Made by a program: the position numbers and the translations under genes
Source: Alphaproteobacteria bacterium
GTDB taxonomy: Bacteria; Pseudomonadota; Alphaproteobacteria; JAAXGF01
Assembly: GCA_963555825.3 (NCBI GenBank)
Contig: CAUVXB020000002.1
Span: forward strand, 1,120,001-1,184,000
Direction: 5' to 3'
DNA: 64,000 nucleotides
Shown: positions 60,375 through 64,000 of the stretch, one piece after another
How the letters are laid out: every line of letters starts with the position of its first letter
Numbering within the stretch: the first letter of the stretch is position 1
Notes under the pieces: generated by a model
The model's input: only the letters and a program-made list of their open reading frames with translations
What the model was told of the DNA's origin: nothing
The model's database searches: none

Positions 60375-61265
60375 CTAGCTTGCGATGAGCGACGTCGCTT
60401 CGACCCACCAATCCGCGTGGTCCGCGGCCAGTACGCGGGCCGCCGTCTCGGCCGGGGCAGCGTCGGCAAACAGCCCGAAGCAGGTAGCGCCGCTGCCACT
60501 CATCCGGGCGAGCAGGCAACCGGGCTGCGCGGCGATAGCCGCGCGAACCTCGCCGATCACCGGCGCCAGCCGCGTCGCCGCGTCATCGAGATCGTTGCCC
60601 CGCGTAGCGAGCAACGTGGCGAGCGCGGTCGCGTCGGCGGGCGCGTCGTCGAACCGCGCCGGTGCGACGAAGTCGCCGGTCCGCGCGGCGAACACCTCGG
60701 TCGTCGGCAGCGCGACGCCCGGATTGACCAGCAATATGGGGGCCGACGGCAGGGCCGGCGCGGGCGCCAGCGCGTCGCCGATGCCGCCGACGAAGCAGGC
60801 GTGGCCGGCGAGGCACACGGGGACGTCGGCGCCGAGTTCGAGGCCGAGGCGCGCCAGATCGTCGTCACCGATGTCGAGACGCCACAGCCGGGCGAGCAGT
60901 TTGAGCGTCGCCGCGACATCCGACGAGCCGCCGCCGAGGCCGGCGGCGACGGGCAGCCGCTTGTCGAGACGGATCGCCGCGTGCGCCGGCACGTCGCCGG
61001 CTTGCGCCAGACGACGCGCCGCGCGCAGCACCAGGTTGTCGCCATCCTGCGCCTCGAGCACGGCGCCGAACGGGCCGTCGATGGTCAGCCCGAGGGCATC
61101 GGACGCGACGACGTCGACGATGTCCCCGACGCCGGCGAAGGCGACCAGACTGTCGAGCAGGTGATAGCCGTCGGCGCGCCGGCCGGCGACGTGAAGATAG
61201 AGGTTGATTTTGGCCGGGGCGGTGGCGCGCAGGGCGACGCGATCCGGCCCGTCAGCCTTCGCCAT
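60375..61265 (-). CDS. ispE: 4-diphosphocytidyl-2-C-methyl-D-erythritol kinase
   Basis: APAKINLYL, DGYH, PVAAGLGGGSSD, LGADVP, MSGSG. Confidence 0.96.
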   Translation of the reverse strand: MAKADGPDRVALRATAPAKINLYLHVAGRRADGYHLLDSLVAFAGVGDIVDVVASDALGLTIDGPFGAVLEAQDGDNLVLRAARRLAQAGDVPAHAAIRLDKRLPVAAGLGGGSSDVAATLKLLARLWRLDIGDDDLARLGLELGADVPVCLAGHACFVGGIGDALAPAPALPSAPILLVNPGVALPTTEVFAARTGDFVAPARFDDAPADATALATLLATRGNDLDDAATRLAPVIGEVRAAIAAQPGCLLARMSGSGATCFGLFADAAPAETAARVLAADHADWWVEATSLIAS

Positions 61266-63030
61266 CGGCGACCGCGAGTGGCGACAGGCCATCGCGCAGC
61301 TTGGCCTCGATGTTCGCGACGGCGCCCTCCTCGGTGGGCTCTAGCACCAGTGCGCGGCGCCATTGGTAGCGCGCCTCGACATAGCGCCCGACGCGCCAAT
61401 AGGCGTCGCCCAGATGATCGTTGATCGTCGGGTCGTCGGGCCGGCGCTCGACGGCGCGCTCGAGCTGCCGCGTGGCGTCTTCGAACTTGTCCATGCGATA
61501 AAGCGCCCAACCCAGGCTGTCGATGATGTAGCCATCCTCGGGACGCAATTCGACGGCGCGCTCGATGAAGTCCAGGGCCTTGGCGAGGTTGATCCCCTGA
61601 TCGACCCACGAATAGCCCAGATAGTTGAGCACCGACGGCTGGTCGGGGGCGAGATCGAGCGCATCGAGGAAATCCTTTTCAGCCCGCAGCCACTGACGCG
61701 AACGCTCCAGCGCGATGCCGCGCGCATACAGGGACCGCCAGTGGCGCGGCTCGCGATCGCCGATGCGCGCGAGACCCTCATCGTAGGCCGCGACGGCATC
61801 GGCCCAGCGCTCCTTCGAGCGCAACAGATTGCCGAGCGCGAGCAGCGCATCAGAGCGATCGGGCCGCTCGTCGGCCATCCCACGCAGATGGGCGATCGCC
61901 TCGTCGGTGCGGTCGAGTGCATCCAGGTTGTTTGCGATCCTAAGGCGCACCGACCAGCTTAGCGGCGAGTTCTGCGACACCGCGCGGTAGGCGGCAATCG
62001 ATTCCTCGGGCCGTCCCTGGACCTCGAAAATATCGCCGATCAGAAGGTTGACCGCGTCGAAACCGGGCCGCAGATAGCCGGCCAACCGCGCATACAGCAT
62101 GGCGGCGTCGAGCGCGTTCTCCTGGTAAAGCGCGCTGGCGATGCCAAACAGTACCTCGGCCGCGCCATCGCGCTCGTTGCGCACCGTGCGCGGCGGGCGC
62201 ACGCCGGTCTCGAGCCGCATGATCGACGGTTCGAACCAGATGACACTTGGGTTGGTCTCGATATAGGTGCCGTACAGCTCGCGGGCCTCATCGATCCGCC
62301 CGGCGCGCTCGAGATACGAGCCGTAGCCCGAGACCGAACGAAAGCTGCCGCCCGATTCCGACATCACGATGAAACCGTACGCCGCGTCGGCCTCGTCGGC
62401 GTTGCCCGCGATATCGTGCACCAGCGCGCTGTGATACTGGCGGAAGACGGCGAAGCCTTCGCTCTCGGCCAGTTTATCGAGAATCGCGATGGCGCCCATG
62501 GTGTCGCCGTCGGCGACCTGCAGCCACGCCTGCAGAAGGGGAACCAGGAGCGTGTTGTAGCCATCCTTGGGCAACGCCTCGAGGCGGCCTCGCGCCGCCA
62601 CCGTGTCGCCCCGCTTGATCGCGTCGACCATGAGCGCGACGCCGCCGATCGAATCTTTCGGCCGAACATCGACCATGCGCCGGGCGATCGCCATCGCCTC
62701 GACCTCGCGCCCCTCGGCGTTGACCGCCAGGAAGGCTTGGCGCAGCAGGTCGAGATTGTCGGGATCCTCGGCGAGCGCTTGCGAGAAATACTTGGCCGCC
62801 GCGTCCATGTCGTTGTCGCGCCGCGCCAGCTTGCCGGCCAGATAGCTGCCGAGCGGTGAATCGATCTCGACCGGCTCCGCCTTGACCGGCGCGGGCATCG
62901 GCTCGGGCGTCGCCTGCGCCACTTGGGGCGGCTTGTTCTGCGGGCAGGCCGCGAGCAAAAGCGCCGCCAGGGCGACGATGGCGGTCGGCCGCGGGGCCAG
63001 GCAGCCCGGATGGGTCGGGGTGTCGGTCAC
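61252..63030 (-). CDS. Tetratricopeptide repeat lipoprotein
   Basis: LAAC lipobox, GSYLAG, VLNYLGYSW, IIDSLGW, INDHLGDAYW; conserved position upstream of ispE. Confidence 0.9.
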   Translation of the reverse strand: MTDTPTHPGCLAPRPTAIVALAALLLAACPQNKPPQVAQATPEPMPAPVKAEPVEIDSPLGSYLAGKLARRDNDMDAAAKYFSQALAEDPDNLDLLRQAFLAVNAEGREVEAMAIARRMVDVRPKDSIGGVALMVDAIKRGDTVAARGRLEALPKDGYNTLLVPLLQAWLQVADGDTMGAIAILDKLAESEGFAVFRQYHSALVHDIAGNADEADAAYGFIVMSESGGSFRSVSGYGSYLERAGRIDEARELYGTYIETNPSVIWFEPSIMRLETGVRPPRTVRNERDGAAEVLFGIASALYQENALDAAMLYARLAGYLRPGFDAVNLLIGDIFEVQGRPEESIAAYRAVSQNSPLSWSVRLRIANNLDALDRTDEAIAHLRGMADERPDRSDALLALGNLLRSKERWADAVAAYDEGLARIGDREPRHWRSLYARGIALERSRQWLRAEKDFLDALDLAPDQPSVLNYLGYSWVDQGINLAKALDFIERAVELRPEDGYIIDSLGWALYRMDKFEDATRQLERAVERRPDDPTINDHLGDAYWRVGRYVEARYQWRRALVLEPTEEGAVANIEAKLRDGLSPLAVADGEG

Positions 63031-63169
63031 GATTTCAATCCTTGAACGCGGCAGGGGCCACGCGTCTTGTACATGAAAATACCACCGCTTGGGGCCCTTT
63101 GGGTATCATTTAAAAGGTATCGGCCGCCAGGCAAGTCGCCGTCGAAAGCGCGGCGTCTTGGATCGCCGC

Positions 63170-64000
63170 TCACATGTTCGGATAGTTCGGCCCGCCGCCG
63201 CCCTCGGGCGTCACCCAGTTGATGTTCTGGGTCGGGTCCTTGATGTCGCAGGTCTTGCAGTGCACGCAGTTCTGCGCGTTGATCTGCAGCCGCGGGTTCG
63301 AACCGTCGTCGTCGCGCAGGATCTCGTAGACGCCGGCCGGGCAGAAGCGCTGCTCGGGCGCGTCGTAGAGCGCCAGATTGGTGTCGATCGGCACCGCATC
63401 ATCAGCGAGCTGCAGGTGGACCGGCTGGTCCTCTTCATGCATCACGCCCGAAATGAAAACCGAAGAGTTCTTGTCGAAGCTGACCACGCCGTCGGCTTTG
63501 GGATAGTCGATCTTGCGGCATTCGCTCGCCGGCTTGAGGCTGGCGTGGTCGGGGTGGTGGCGGAAGGTCCAGGGCGCGCGGCCGCGCAGGATGTAGGTAT
63601 CGAGCGCGGCATAGGCGAGGCCGCCCCACAGGCCATGGCGGAAGCCCGGCCGGATGTTGCGCACGTGGTAGAGCTCGTCATGCGCCCAGGAATTCCTGAA
63701 CGCCGCCTCATAGCCATCGAGGGTCGCGTCGCCGCCGGTGCCGAGCGCCTCGAAGGCGGTCTCGGCGGCGAGCATGCCGGTCTTCATCGCGGTATGCGTC
63801 CCCTTGATCTTGGGCACGTTCAAGAATCCCGCGCCGCAGCCGATCAGCGCGCCGCCGGGGAACGTCAGCTTGGGGATCGACTGGTAGCCGCCCTCGTTCA
63901 GGGCGCGCGCGCCGTAGGCGATGCGCCGGCCGCCTTCGAAGGTGGGCCGGATCTTGGGGTGCGTCTTGAAGCGCTGGAACTCGTCGAACGGGCTTAAGTG
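63170..64000 (-). CDS. Electron transfer flavoprotein-ubiquinone oxidoreductase (3' part)
   Basis: [38 protein letters not shown]. Confidence 0.96.
   Translation of the reverse strand, partial: HLSPFDEFQRFKTHPKIRPTFEGGRRIAYGARALNEGGYQSIPKLTFPGGALIGCGAGFLNVPKIKGTHTAMKTGMLAAETAFEALGTGGDATLDGYEAAFRNSWAHDELYHVRNIRPGFRHGLWGGLAYAALDTYILRGRAPWTFRHHPDHASLKPASECRKIDYPKADGVVSFDKNSSVFISGVMHEEDQPVHLQLADDAVPIDTNLALYDAPEQRFCPAGVYEILRDDDGSNPRLQINAQNCVHCKTCDIKDPTQNINWVTPEGGGGPNYPNM

Overview
GC-rich alphaproteobacterial (Rhodospirillales-like) chromosomal window. The backbone is housekeeping: pntAA/AB/B, rpsU, two def genes, ribH with an FMN riboswitch, purE, ubiX, ychF-pth-rplY-prs, pgeF-lgt-hldD, proC, a phasin, petP/petR/EnvZ-like genes, ilvE, moaE-moaD-moeA-mobB-pgsA-uvrC, ispE, a TPR protein and ETF-QO. 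Four accessory patches interrupt it (about 13.5-19.4, 35.4-40.3, 44.2-48.4 and 53.8-59.2 kb). They carry seven IS copies: two different IS630, two apparently identical IS3-like, one ISKra4-like and two apparently identical IS1595. Removing the ISs with their target duplications restores four in-frame genes. The most unusual content is two loci of uncharacterised lipoproteins. The first has a 289-aa lipoprotein, a stand-alone 68-aa copy of its C-terminal domain, a structured spacer, an unannotated 48-aa ORF, a small membrane protein and a peptidoglycan-binding fragment, all bracketed by an 84-bp duplicated gene end. The second is a tandem pair of 448-aa and 711-aa lipoproteins. Also present are a dismembered HigBA-like toxin-antitoxin locus, two families of stop-codon-associated MITE-like repeats, a 14-bp IS target duplication and a MobB lacking its P-loop. 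All calls come from reading motifs by eye; no database searches were run.
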